Assembly: GCA_963700145.1 (NCBI GenBank)
Contig: OY969474.1
Span: 3,712,001-3,776,000, forward strand
From: an uncultured Acidobacteriota bacterium
GTDB lineage: Bacteria; Acidobacteriota; Thermoanaerobaculia; Multivoradales; UBA5704
Length of the DNA stretch: 64,000 bases
Reading direction: 5' to 3'
Of this stretch, positions 51,377 through 60,048 are shown one piece after another. A program made the position numbers and the translations under genes. The notes beneath the pieces were generated by a model that worked only from the letters and a program-made list of their open reading frames with translations, ran no database searches and had not been told where the DNA came from. Numbering within the stretch: the stretch's first letter is position 1; each line of letters begins with the position of its first letter.

Positions 51377-52867
51377 ATGCCCAATGACGACACCGTGCGG
51401 TTCGCCGGTTTTCCGACGGCCTTCGTACACGAGACACCGAAGGGAAAGAAGATCCAGCAGCTCCTCTGGGGTGACTTCCTCCGGCTCCTGGGCGGCAAGG
51501 AGGGCGAGTGGGTCGAGGTGCGGGCGCGGGGGCAGAATGGCTGGATGCGGGAGGAGGATCTCCAAGAGGAGCGACTCCTCGAAGTGAACTTCGTGGACAT
51601 CGGCCAGGGGGACGGCTGCTTCATTGTCACGCCCGACGATCGTTTCCTGGTGATCGACGCAGGCGAGTCGGACAACATGTACCGGTTCCTCCGCTGGCGG
51701 TTCAACCTGCGCGCCCATCCCGACCAGGAGGTCGCCTGCGACACGGCCATCGTCACCCACCCCGATGCGGACCATTACAAGGGGTTCCAGCAGCTCTTCG
51801 ACTCGCCCCTCCTCCGCTTCGACGCCGTGTACCACAACGGCCTCGTCGAGCGGGTCGGCGACGACGTCCTAGGCGCCAAGAAGAAGGAGGGAAAGCTCTC
51901 ATACATGACGGAGCTGGTACCTGACCAAACTGCCCTCGACGCCATCATCGGCGACCCGGCCCTGGTGGGAAAGAAGCTCTATCCGCGTCTCTTGCGGACG
52001 GCCGCGACGAGCGGGCGGGTCGGACCCATCCGCTCCCTTTCGGTCGGCGACGAGTTTCTGCCGGGTTACGACGGCAGCGACGGAAGTGGACTGTCTTTTC
52101 GCGTTCTCGCTCCTGTCCCGGAAGTCGTGGACGGCAAGCCCGCGCTCCGCTGGTTGGGGGACGTGGGCAAGACGAAGAACGGCCATTCGGTCGTTCTCCT
52201 GCTGCGCTACCGCGACGTGCGGATTCTCCTCGGCGGCGATCTCAATATTCCGGCGGAGAACTACCTGCTGGCGCACTACACGGGACTGGATCCCGAGACA
52301 GACGACCCTGTCGAGCGCGAGGAGCTGGTTGCGAAGGCGCGGGAGGTTTTCGAAGCCGACGTCGCCAAGGCCTGCCACCACGGCAGTGCCGACTTCAACT
52401 CGCTCTACCTACGGGCGGTCAACCCGCTGGCTACTGTGATCTCGAGTGGCGACGGCGAGCCGCACTGCCATCCGCGGCCCGACGCCCTAGGCACTTTCGG
52501 CAAGCACGGCCGGGGCGACCGGCCCCTGATCTTCTCGACGGAGCTGGCACGTTCGAGCAAGGAGACCATCAAGGAACCCAACCGGGTGCGTGCCGAGATT
52601 CGCGCCCTCATGGAGAAGCGGGACCTGGAGGAGGACATCGACAAGCGCGCCGCGCTCCAGGAGAAGATCAACGAGAAGCTCGGCGTCCTCGAGCGCAGCG
52701 TCGCCGTCTACGGCATGATCAACGTGCGCACCGACGGCCGCGAGGTCCTGCTGGCCCAGAGGCTCGAGGAGCCGCGCTCCGGCACCGGTGAACGTTGGGA
52801 CGTACACGCCCTCACGCGCGACCCGCAGACCGGCGAGCTGCGCTATCGCTCCAAGCACGAGGGCTGA
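51377..52867 (+). CDS. ComEC/Rec2-like MBL-fold hydrolase with N-terminal SH3-like domain
   Basis: LLWGD...WVEVRARGQNGWM (SH3-like); FVDIGQGD, IDAG, THPDADH, NGHSVV, LGGD, KACHHGS. Confidence 0.85.
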   Translation: MPNDDTVRFAGFPTAFVHETPKGKKIQQLLWGDFLRLLGGKEGEWVEVRARGQNGWMREEDLQEERLLEVNFVDIGQGDGCFIVTPDDRFLVIDAGESDNMYRFLRWRFNLRAHPDQEVACDTAIVTHPDADHYKGFQQLFDSPLLRFDAVYHNGLVERVGDDVLGAKKKEGKLSYMTELVPDQTALDAIIGDPALVGKKLYPRLLRTAATSGRVGPIRSLSVGDEFLPGYDGSDGSGLSFRVLAPVPEVVDGKPALRWLGDVGKTKNGHSVVLLLRYRDVRILLGGDLNIPAENYLLAHYTGLDPETDDPVEREELVAKAREVFEADVAKACHHGSADFNSLYLRAVNPLATVISSGDGEPHCHPRPDALGTFGKHGRGDRPLIFSTELARSSKETIKEPNRVRAEIRALMEKRDLEEDIDKRAALQEKINEKLGVLERSVAVYGMINVRTDGREVLLAQRLEEPRSGTGERWDVHALTRDPQTGELRYRSKHEG

Positions 52868-52911
52868 GATGGCCGACTCCGGGCTCGCGAAGGCGTGCCG
52901 CCGAGAGCTAG

Positions 52912-54181
52912 CAGGCCGCTGAGAAACGGCCTTCAACGGCGGGTGCGAGGCTGACAGCGATCTGGGAGCGGGCGATGTCGCGTGCGCGGGTGGAAGGGGA
53001 GGGCAACAGGCGCCTTGTGGGCGCGTTTGAGCGCCGCTGGTTTTGCTGGGCAGGACCTTTTTGGGCTATGCCGGCACGAGCAGGCGACTTAATCGGAGCA
53101 GGTTGTACGCTGCGGCGGCGAGGCGGGCGGCCAGCTGCGTCCTCGCCACGCCTCGGACCCTGGTCCGGTGCAGCCCTGCGCAGGTCTTGAGCCAGCCGAA
53201 GATCGTCTCGATTCGCCGCCGTACGACCTGACTGATCCGGTAGCCGGGACGGCGCGTTGTTCGCCGGTCGATTGCCGAGCGCCTGCGCCGGTGGGCATTC
53301 TGGGTGACGTGGGGGGTGACGCCGAGCTCTCGGCAGGCAGCCACGAAGCCCTTGGTGTCGTAGCTCTTATCGGCGCCCACCGTCTTGCGCCGCGAGCCTT
53401 CGAGCCGCGCGAGCAGACCCAGAGCTTCGCGACGCTCGGCGAACCCATCGGCCTGGGCCACCACGAAGTCCACCAACAATCCGTTGCGGTTCTCCATCAG
53501 AGCGTGGCCGGAAAACGAGAGCTTCGCCTCGTGCCCATCCCCCTTGCGGGCCAGGCGCGCTTCCGGGTCGGTCGTCGAGGCGTGCGTCTCGTTGCTCCGC
53601 TTCGTCCCCGTGAAATCGCTCCAGCCGTTGGCGTCTCCGCCCGGTGGCCCGTCCTTGGGCCGGAAGCTCTTCATCGACGCCCAGGCCTCGATCAGCGTCC
53701 CATCCACCGAGAAGTGCTCGCTCGACAGCAGCCGCTGCACGCTCGCCTCAGCCACGATCGCCGCCAAAAACCGCTCGGCCACCTCGTGCCGGATCAGCCG
53801 CTCCCGGTTGCGTGAAAACGTGCTCGCGTCAAACGACGGCTCGTCGAGCTCCAGATCCAAAAACCAGCGAAACAGCAGGTTGTACTCGAGCTGCTCGCAA
53901 AACTGCCGGTCGCTCCGCACCGAAAACAGCGCGATCAGCAGCTGCGCCTTGAGCAGCCGCTCCGGCGGCACCGACGGCCGCCCCGTCTCGGCGTACATCA
54001 CCGCAAACACCTCACTCAACTGCCCGAGAGCCCGGTCGGCCAGCCCCTTGATCCGCCGGATCGGATGCGCCGCCGGAATCCGCTCCTCCAACGACCCCAC
54101 CATCAACAACGTCCTCTGCTCGCGCGCTTTCCCTCGCATGGCCTGCAAGGGTAGCGCGAACCGGGGTTTTTCAGCAGCCTG
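52912..54181 (-). mobile_element. IS5-family-like insertion sequence, 1270 bp
   Basis: Terminal IRs CAGGCCGCTGAGAAAC / GTTTTTCAGCAGCCTG, flanked by CTAG at 52908-52911 and 54182-54185. Confidence 0.92.
53066..54139 (-). CDS. DDE transposase (IS5 family)
   Basis: GRPSVPPERLL, YNLLFRWF, FSVDGTLIEAWAS, STTDPEARL, GADKSYD, RRRIETIFGWLK. Confidence 0.95.
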   Translation of the reverse strand: MRGKAREQRTLLMVGSLEERIPAAHPIRRIKGLADRALGQLSEVFAVMYAETGRPSVPPERLLKAQLLIALFSVRSDRQFCEQLEYNLLFRWFLDLELDEPSFDASTFSRNRERLIRHEVAERFLAAIVAEASVQRLLSSEHFSVDGTLIEAWASMKSFRPKDGPPGGDANGWSDFTGTKRSNETHASTTDPEARLARKGDGHEAKLSFSGHALMENRNGLLVDFVVAQADGFAERREALGLLARLEGSRRKTVGADKSYDTKGFVAACRELGVTPHVTQNAHRRRRSAIDRRTTRRPGYRISQVVRRRIETIFGWLKTCAGLHRTRVRGVARTQLAARLAAAAYNLLRLSRLLVPA

Positions 54182-54314
54182 CTAGAGCTCGGTCCGTTTT
54201 CAAGGCTCCCAACTTTGCCCGCAACTTCCGGATAGCTCGCTGAATGGTCGCCACGTAATCTTCCGAGCGTGTGGCGCGCTGGTCAACGGACATGCCGCAC
54301 CCGAGGAGGACCGC

Positions 54315-54791
54315 ATGACTTCGTTCCGTGTCGTCGCCATCGATACTTCCATCGCCGAGTCGGTCCGCAGCACGCTGCGGTCGCCGCGGTACGGGCACCC
54401 GGCTCATACCGAGATCGCGACGGGGTACGGGCCCTGCCGGCACTGCCTGCGCACCTTCCGTGTCGGCGCCGAGGCGCGCATCCTGTTCACGTACGACCCT
54501 TTCGAGGGCGTGGAAAAGCTGCCGCTGCCGGGACCGGTCTTCGTGCACGCCGAGGCGTGCGAGCGCTACCCCGAGGACAGCGGCTTCCCCGGCGATCTGC
54601 GGCCGCACGCGCTGACGCTCAACGCCTACGCCCGCGGCCGCCGGCTACGGGCGCAGGAGTACGTGGCGGACGGCGAGGTGGATGCCGCTCTCGAGCGGCT
54701 CCTCGCCCGGCCCGAGATCGACTACGTCCACGTCCGCGACACCGCGGCGGGCTGCTACGACCTGCGCGTGCAGCGCGCGAGCGCGAGCTAA
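54315..54791 (+). CDS. DUF1203 family protein
   Basis: PCRHCL, GPVFVHAEAC, YVHVRD...GCY; GAGGAGG RBS. Confidence 0.85.
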   Translation: MTSFRVVAIDTSIAESVRSTLRSPRYGHPAHTEIATGYGPCRHCLRTFRVGAEARILFTYDPFEGVEKLPLPGPVFVHAEACERYPEDSGFPGDLRPHALTLNAYARGRRLRAQEYVADGEVDAALERLLARPEIDYVHVRDTAAGCYDLRVQRASAS

Positions 54792-54799
54792 GTCCTCCC

Positions 54800-55144
54800 C
54801 TAGAGGGGCAGGAAGAGCAGCGAATCGACGAAGTCCTCCGGCTCTCCTGCGTTCGCTACCAGCTCCAGTCCCTCCACGCAGCGGCCGATCGGCAGCTTCT
54901 GTGAGGCGTAAATCACCCCGGTAAAGCGCACGCCGACGCGCTGTCGTCGCCGGGCTTCGATGACCAGATCTCTGTCGGTCGAGAACAGGACTCGGCCCAG
55001 CGACGTTGCCCTGTCGAGCAGCTCAGAGTCGCTCAACCGGTGCGCCCGGTCCTCGAAAGCGGTGAGTAGATCGACCCCGCGGAGCCGGAGGCCCTGGGTC
55101 ACGGCGCGGTTGACGTTGTGATTGAAGTAGAGGCTGACCGGCAA
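54800..55144 (-). CDS. DUF5615 PIN-like toxin (VapC45-like)
   Basis: YFNHNV, LR.RGVD, SDSELL..A...GRVLFSTDRD. Confidence 0.82.
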   Translation of the reverse strand: MPVSLYFNHNVNRAVTQGLRLRGVDLLTAFEDRAHRLSDSELLDRATSLGRVLFSTDRDLVIEARRRQRVGVRFTGVIYASQKLPIGRCVEGLELVANAGEPEDFVDSLLFLPL

Positions 55145-55146
55145 GG

Positions 55147-55464
55147 TCAGATCTGCCCCTGCGCTCGCAGCTTGCCGATGAGAGGGTGTTCTCCGACTTC
55201 GCGCCGGATCTCTTCGACCTGTGCCTCACGCCGCTCGAGGTTCGCCTCGATCTCTTCCTGGTGGTCCCAGTAGTACGCGAGCGCCGAATGCACCTGCCCT
55301 AGCGTCAGGTGCGGATGCTGGTACGCCAGCTCCTCGGGGCTCCAGCCGTGCACCTGGACCTCCTCGACGAGCTCGAACACCTTGGTGTTGGCGCCCTCGA
55401 TCCAGGCAACCCCCTCTTCGTCCAAGACGATGTGCTCGTACGTTGTGCGCGTGGCGGCGATCAT
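55147..55464 (-). CDS. DUF433 antitoxin (VapB45-like)
   Basis: I.G..TKV, GWSPEEL..QHPHLTLGQVHSALAYY. Confidence 0.88.
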   Translation of the reverse strand: MIAATRTTYEHIVLDEEGVAWIEGANTKVFELVEEVQVHGWSPEELAYQHPHLTLGQVHSALAYYWDHQEEIEANLERREAQVEEIRREVGEHPLIGKLRAQGQI

Positions 55465-55484
55465 GACGCGATCTCAACCGGATC

Positions 55485-56030
55485 TTACCTCTCCAGCCGG
55501 TACGCCCCCCCGTCCTTGGCGACGTCGAAGTCCCCCGAGCGCCCGCGCGGGATCGACAGCGACCGCCAGCCCGCGCCCGCGAAGTGCTTGGCCAAAAAGA
55601 CGATCTGGCCGACGTGGTAGGCGTAGTGGGAGAGCTGGCGCTGGATGGCTTCGACGACGGTGTGGGGCTCGCCGCGGATGGTGACGGAGCGGTCCAGATC
55701 CTCGGGGGCGAGCGCGGCGATGGCGTCGAGGGTGACCGTCCAGCCTTCGTCCCAGCGCCGGCCGACGCTCGCGCGCGTCTCGTCGGGCTCGTCCTCGAAC
55801 TCCAGGTCGCGCCCGCGCCAGGGCTTTTCGCCGTCGCTGGTCAGGAAGTCGGTCCAGCGCGAGCGCATGTTGCCGGCCATGTGCTTGACGACCAGCGCGA
55901 TGCTGTTGGCCTCCGGGTCGAGGCGGCGGAAGAGCGCCGCGTCGTCCACCTGCGCCATCGCCGCCTCGCCCAGCCCCTTGAGCTTGCGGAGCTGGCGCAG
56001 GACGTCGTCGAGGTAGTGCTTACCGTCCAT
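55485..56030 (-). CDS. DUF1572/DinB-superfamily protein
   Basis: NSIA..VKHMAGNMRSRWTDFLTSDGEKPWR.RD.EF, HYAYHVGQIV. Confidence 0.92.
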   Translation of the reverse strand: MDGKHYLDDVLRQLRKLKGLGEAAMAQVDDAALFRRLDPEANSIALVVKHMAGNMRSRWTDFLTSDGEKPWRGRDLEFEDEPDETRASVGRRWDEGWTVTLDAIAALAPEDLDRSVTIRGEPHTVVEAIQRQLSHYAYHVGQIVFLAKHFAGAGWRSLSIPRGRSGDFDVAKDGGAYRLER

Positions 56031-56096
56031 CGTCGGGTCCTCCCGGGCGGAGGATAGCGAAGCCGGGCCGCGCCGCACCCGCTAAGCTTCGCGGCC

Positions 56097-57035
56097 ATGA
56101 GCGTCATCGAGGTCGAGGAGCTGGCGAAGGTCTATCGGGCGGGGAAGGGCGACCCGGTGCGGGCGCTCGACGGCGTCTCCTTCGCGGTGCCCGCGGGGCA
56201 GATCTTCGGCCTCCTGGGCCCGAACGGCGCCGGCAAGTCGACGCTCATCAAGTGCCTGACGACGATCACCGCGCCCACCTCGGGGCGCGCGGCGGTGGGC
56301 GGCTTCGACGTCGTCCGCCGCCCGCTCGACGTGCGCCGCCAGATCGCCGTGGTGCTGCAGCAGGCGGCGGTCGAGACCATGCTCAACGTCGAGGACAACC
56401 TCCTCGTCTACGCCTACCTGCACGGCATCGGCCGCCGCGAGGCGCGCGCTCGCCTGCGCGCCATCGTCGAGGAGTTCGATCTGGGCGACATCCTCGCCGA
56501 GACCGTCCAGGACCTGAGCATCGGCACCAAGCGGCGCGTCCAGGTGGCGAAGATCTTCATGGTCGACGCGCCGGTCGTCTTCCTCGACGAGGCGACGACC
56601 GGCATGGACCCGCTGATGAAGCGGCGGGTCATGGAGCGCATCCGCGCCGAGGCGCGCGCCGGCCGCACGGTTCTCATCACGACGCAGATCCTGAGCGAGG
56701 CCGAGCAGCTCTGCGACACGATCATGATCATCGACCACGGCAGGAAGCTCGCGGCCGGGACGCTGCCGGAGCTGCGGCGGCTCGCCGAGCAGCTCTTCCG
56801 CGTCAGCCTCACCTTCGCCGAGATGAACGACGAGTTGGCGGCCCGCCTCGCCGGCCTCGAGGCGGTGGAGATGACGATCGACGGCCGGCAGGTCGAGCTG
56901 GTCTTCCGCGGCGAGGAGGCGGCGCTTCTGGAGCGCCTCGCCGACATCGCGCGCGTCGTCCCGATCACCGGCTTCGAGGTCCGCGGCGCCGATCTCGAGC
57001 AGGTCTTCGTGGCGCTCGTCGAGGAGAAGCGGTGA
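56097..57035 (+). CDS. ABC transporter ATP-binding protein
   Basis: GPNGAGKST, degenerate signature LSIGTK, FLDEATTGMD. Confidence 0.93.
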   Translation: MSVIEVEELAKVYRAGKGDPVRALDGVSFAVPAGQIFGLLGPNGAGKSTLIKCLTTITAPTSGRAAVGGFDVVRRPLDVRRQIAVVLQQAAVETMLNVEDNLLVYAYLHGIGRREARARLRAIVEEFDLGDILAETVQDLSIGTKRRVQVAKIFMVDAPVVFLDEATTGMDPLMKRRVMERIRAEARAGRTVLITTQILSEAEQLCDTIMIIDHGRKLAAGTLPELRRLAEQLFRVSLTFAEMNDELAARLAGLEAVEMTIDGRQVELVFRGEEAALLERLADIARVVPITGFEVRGADLEQVFVALVEEKR

Positions 57036-57793
57036 ACGCCGTCGCCGCGGTCTTCTACCGCGACTTCCGGCAGCGCATCACCAACGTCGCGTGGCTGTTC
57101 TGGGACCTCTTCGTCCCGGTCGCCTACCTGGTGCTCTTCGGCACCGGGTTCGAGCGCGCCTTCGCCGGCAGCTTCGTCGTCGGCGGCGAGAGCGTGGGCT
57201 ACGTCGCGTTCCTACTCCCCGGGGTGATCGCGATGACCAGCTTCGGCGTGGCGATGAACACTTCGTGGGGCTTCTTCATGGACAAGGACTCCGGGATCTT
57301 CTACGAGCTCCTGACCTACCCGATCACCCGCGAGCAGCTGCTGATCGGCAAGATCTGCTTCAACGTGCTGCTCGCCGCGAGCGGGACGCTGCTGGTCATC
57401 GCGGTCGGCGTCCTGGCGCTGGGGGTCGAGGTGCGCTGGGGCGCGCTGCCCCTCACCTTCCTCGCCCTCGCGGTGACCACCGCCGGCTGGTTCTTCCTGT
57501 TCAGCATCGTCGCGGTGCGGATGCGCCGGCTGGACACTTTCAACACGGTCACCAGCGCCGCCTACATCGTCCTGATGTTCATCAGCACGATGTTCTACCC
57601 CTTGGAGCAGCAGCCATCCTGGTTCCGCGGCGCGGCACGGTTCAACCCGATGACCTGGCAGGTGGACGTCCTGCGCCACACCCTGCTCGGCGTCGGCGCC
57701 GCCGCCACGGTGCTCCTCGAAGCCCTGGCGTTCGGCGCCTTCACCGTCCTCTGCCTCTACTTCGCCGTGCGCGCCCTTAACCGAGCGGCGTGA
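57032..57793 (+). CDS. ABC-2 type permease
   Basis: Six TM helices, FLLPGVIAM, FISTMFYP, NPMTW; GTGA overlap with the ATPase gene. Confidence 0.9.
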   Translation: MNAVAAVFYRDFRQRITNVAWLFWDLFVPVAYLVLFGTGFERAFAGSFVVGGESVGYVAFLLPGVIAMTSFGVAMNTSWGFFMDKDSGIFYELLTYPITREQLLIGKICFNVLLAASGTLLVIAVGVLALGVEVRWGALPLTFLALAVTTAGWFFLFSIVAVRMRRLDTFNTVTSAAYIVLMFISTMFYPLEQQPSWFRGAARFNPMTWQVDVLRHTLLGVGAAATVLLEALAFGAFTVLCLYFAVRALNRAA

Positions 57794-57799
57794 GCCGCC

Positions 57800-58606
57800 C
57801 TATGAAGACGCCGGCGTGAAGTGCGCCGCCATCCAGTCTCTCCACGCCGGCTGCTCGCGGGCGGCGACCTCCTGCGCTCCATCGCCGTAGAGGTAGGCGT
57901 GGAAGTAGGTCATCACCCCGGGGCAGGCGAAGACGCTGACCAGGGCGATGCCGGGCGCCGGCGTGTCGGTGCGCAGCACGAGCTTGTGCTCGTCCGCCTG
58001 CTCGACGACGCCGGCGAGCGGCGGGACGTCCGCGGCGGTCGCCGCGAACCGCTCGCCCGGGGCCGCGCCGGCCAGACCGAGCGCGCCGCGCAGCGCCGTC
58101 CAGGCCTCGTCGAGGGGCAGGGAGCTGCCGCCGGAGACCGAGATCGAGGCGCAGCGCTGGCCGGGGAAGTGGGTCAGGTAGAGCTTCAGGATCTGCAGGT
58201 AGGACGCCCAGCCGGTCTTCATGCTGTCGAGCTGGTCGTCCCAGTCGGACCGGTCGGTGAAGAGGCTGGTGACCAGCCGCACGACGCAGATGCCGCCGCC
58301 GCGGGCCTCGACGAGGTGCTCGGTGGCGAGCGGCGGCGCGCCCGGCATCCAGTTCTCCGCTTCGAAGACGACCCGGCGGGGCGGGTCCCACACCTTGACG
58401 GTCCCCTTGGCGTCCATCTCCGGCCCCTCGCCGAAGTGGGAGACGGACTCGCCCCCCTCGCGCTCCTCGACCTCGGTGGGCACGAACCAGGCGGTGATGC
58501 CGGGGCCGGTGGCGATCGCCTGCCAGACCTCCTCGGGGGTGCCGGGGACCTCGACCTCGACGGCGACGGAGCGCATCGCGGGCGCTGCTTCCTTGACGGT
58601 GGTCAT
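57800..58606 (-). CDS. SRPBCC/AHA1 domain protein
   Basis: VPGTPEEVWQAIATGPGITAWF, WDPPRR. Confidence 0.88.
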   Translation of the reverse strand: MTTVKEAAPAMRSVAVEVEVPGTPEEVWQAIATGPGITAWFVPTEVEEREGGESVSHFGEGPEMDAKGTVKVWDPPRRVVFEAENWMPGAPPLATEHLVEARGGGICVVRLVTSLFTDRSDWDDQLDSMKTGWASYLQILKLYLTHFPGQRCASISVSGGSSLPLDEAWTALRGALGLAGAAPGERFAATAADVPPLAGVVEQADEHKLVLRTDTPAPGIALVSVFACPGVMTYFHAYLYGDGAQEVAAREQPAWRDWMAAHFTPASS

Positions 58607-59205
58607 GACGTCTCCTTCGGTTCGGACGGGTTGGGTAAAGGGTGAGCGGCCACCATGAGGCGGTGCCGGCGCCCGCCGGGCGCCGCGGCGTCGTGGTAGC
58701 GCGCGACGAGCTTGGTGACGGCCGCCGCCAGCTCCTCGGTGAAGGCGGCGCGGTCGGCCGCCGAGCGGAAGCGGACCTCGGCGTCGAGCGCCAGGGTCGG
58801 CAGGCGCTTGCCCGCCGCGTCGGCCCGGCGCACCAGGGCCCCGACCTCGCGCACGATGCGGGCGGCCAGGGCGACGAGGTAGCGGGCCGAGAGGCGGTCG
58901 GCGATCCGGCCGGGGTCGGTGGCCGAGTCGCCGAGCGCGGCGGGGGAGACGACGTAGGAGGCGGCGGTGGCGACCAGGACCCGCTCGGTCAGCCCGCCCC
59001 AGCGGCGCTCCTCGGCGACGTGGACGAGGCCGTGGGCCTCGAGCGCGTGCAGGTGGTAGTTGACCTTCTGGCGCGCCAGCCCCACCCGCGCGGCGAGGGT
59101 GGACGCCGACCCCGGCTCGGCCAGCGCGGCGAGCAGCCGGGACCGCACGGGGTCCAAAGCCACCACCGCGGCGGCCGGATCCTCGATGACTTCGACGGCG
59201 AGCAT
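58603..59205 (-). CDS. ArsR-type winged HTH regulator
   Basis: LDPVRSRLL..L.EPGSASTLAARVGLARQKVNYHL..LE. Confidence 0.9.
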   Translation of the reverse strand: MLAVEVIEDPAAAVVALDPVRSRLLAALAEPGSASTLAARVGLARQKVNYHLHALEAHGLVHVAEERRWGGLTERVLVATAASYVVSPAALGDSATDPGRIADRLSARYLVALAARIVREVGALVRRADAAGKRLPTLALDAEVRFRSAADRAAFTEELAAAVTKLVARYHDAAAPGGRRHRLMVAAHPLPNPSEPKETS

Positions 59206-59220
59206 GCGGGGATTCCACCA

Positions 59221-59240
59221 TTGACAAACATTCTTGTCAA
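59221..59240. promoter_or_regulatory. Palindromic operator upstream of the ArsR gene
   Basis: TTGACAA-acattc-TTGTCAA, 15 nt upstream of the ATG; contains a consensus -35 hexamer. Confidence 0.75.
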
Positions 59241-59265
59241 GGGGGGACGATCCCCTAGGAGGGGC

Positions 59266-60027
59266 CTAGATCTCGTACGTCTTGCCCTGCTCCAGGTAGT
59301 CGAGGTCCGGGTTCTTCAGGGCCCGGACCTCCTCGCGGATGTGGTCGATGCAGGCAGGCTTGAGGTGGTGGAGGAGGACCGGGACCTTGCGCTCGAGCTT
59401 GCGCAGCTCGGCGGCCATGGTCTGGGGGGTGAGGTGGAAGGAGACGTCGGCCACCTCCTGGAGGGCGTTGTCGAAGCTAGTGTCGAGGCAGAGGGCCTTC
59501 AGGTTCTCGGTGCGGTTGGCGATCTCCCAGAGGCGGCTGGTGGGGCCGGTGTCGGAGGACCAGAGGAGGGCGGTGTCCCCCTCCTCGATGAGGAAGCCGT
59601 AGGTCGGCACCAGATGGTCGACGTTGAAGGGGGTGAAGGTCACGCCTTCGACGACCAGCGGCACCTCCTCGGCCATCTCGTGGAAGCGCACCACCGGCAG
59701 CAGGTGGTTGGGCAGGCGGGTGAAGTCGGGCCAGGTGGCGTTGTTGAAGAGGTACTTCCTGATGGCGTAGATCGTCGCCGGCGAGGCGTGGATGTCGGCC
59801 GCCTGCTCGCGTCGGCCGTAGACGTTCTCGATGAAGAACGGGAGCGAGTTGATGTGGTCCATGTGGGAGTGCGACAGGAGGATCGTGCGCACTCCCACCT
59901 GCTGCTCGATGGGCAGGGCCGAGGAGAGAGAGCCCGCGTCAAGGGCGATCGTGCCGTTGACGAGCAGGCACGTCATCCGGCAGTCGGCGCTCTCCCCCCC
60001 GTAGCTCCCCAGCACCTGGAGGTGCAT
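59266..60027 (-). CDS. MBL-fold 3',5'-cyclic nucleotide phosphodiesterase (class II-like)
   Basis: LDAGS, SHSHMDH, FNN..WPDF, SSDTGPT, HLTP, HLKP. Confidence 0.85.
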   Translation of the reverse strand: MHLQVLGSYGGESADCRMTCLLVNGTIALDAGSLSSALPIEQQVGVRTILLSHSHMDHINSLPFFIENVYGRREQAADIHASPATIYAIRKYLFNNATWPDFTRLPNHLLPVVRFHEMAEEVPLVVEGVTFTPFNVDHLVPTYGFLIEEGDTALLWSSDTGPTSRLWEIANRTENLKALCLDTSFDNALQEVADVSFHLTPQTMAAELRKLERKVPVLLHHLKPACIDHIREEVRALKNPDLDYLEQGKTYEI

Positions 60028-60048
60028 AGATAGAACACATTCTATCCC

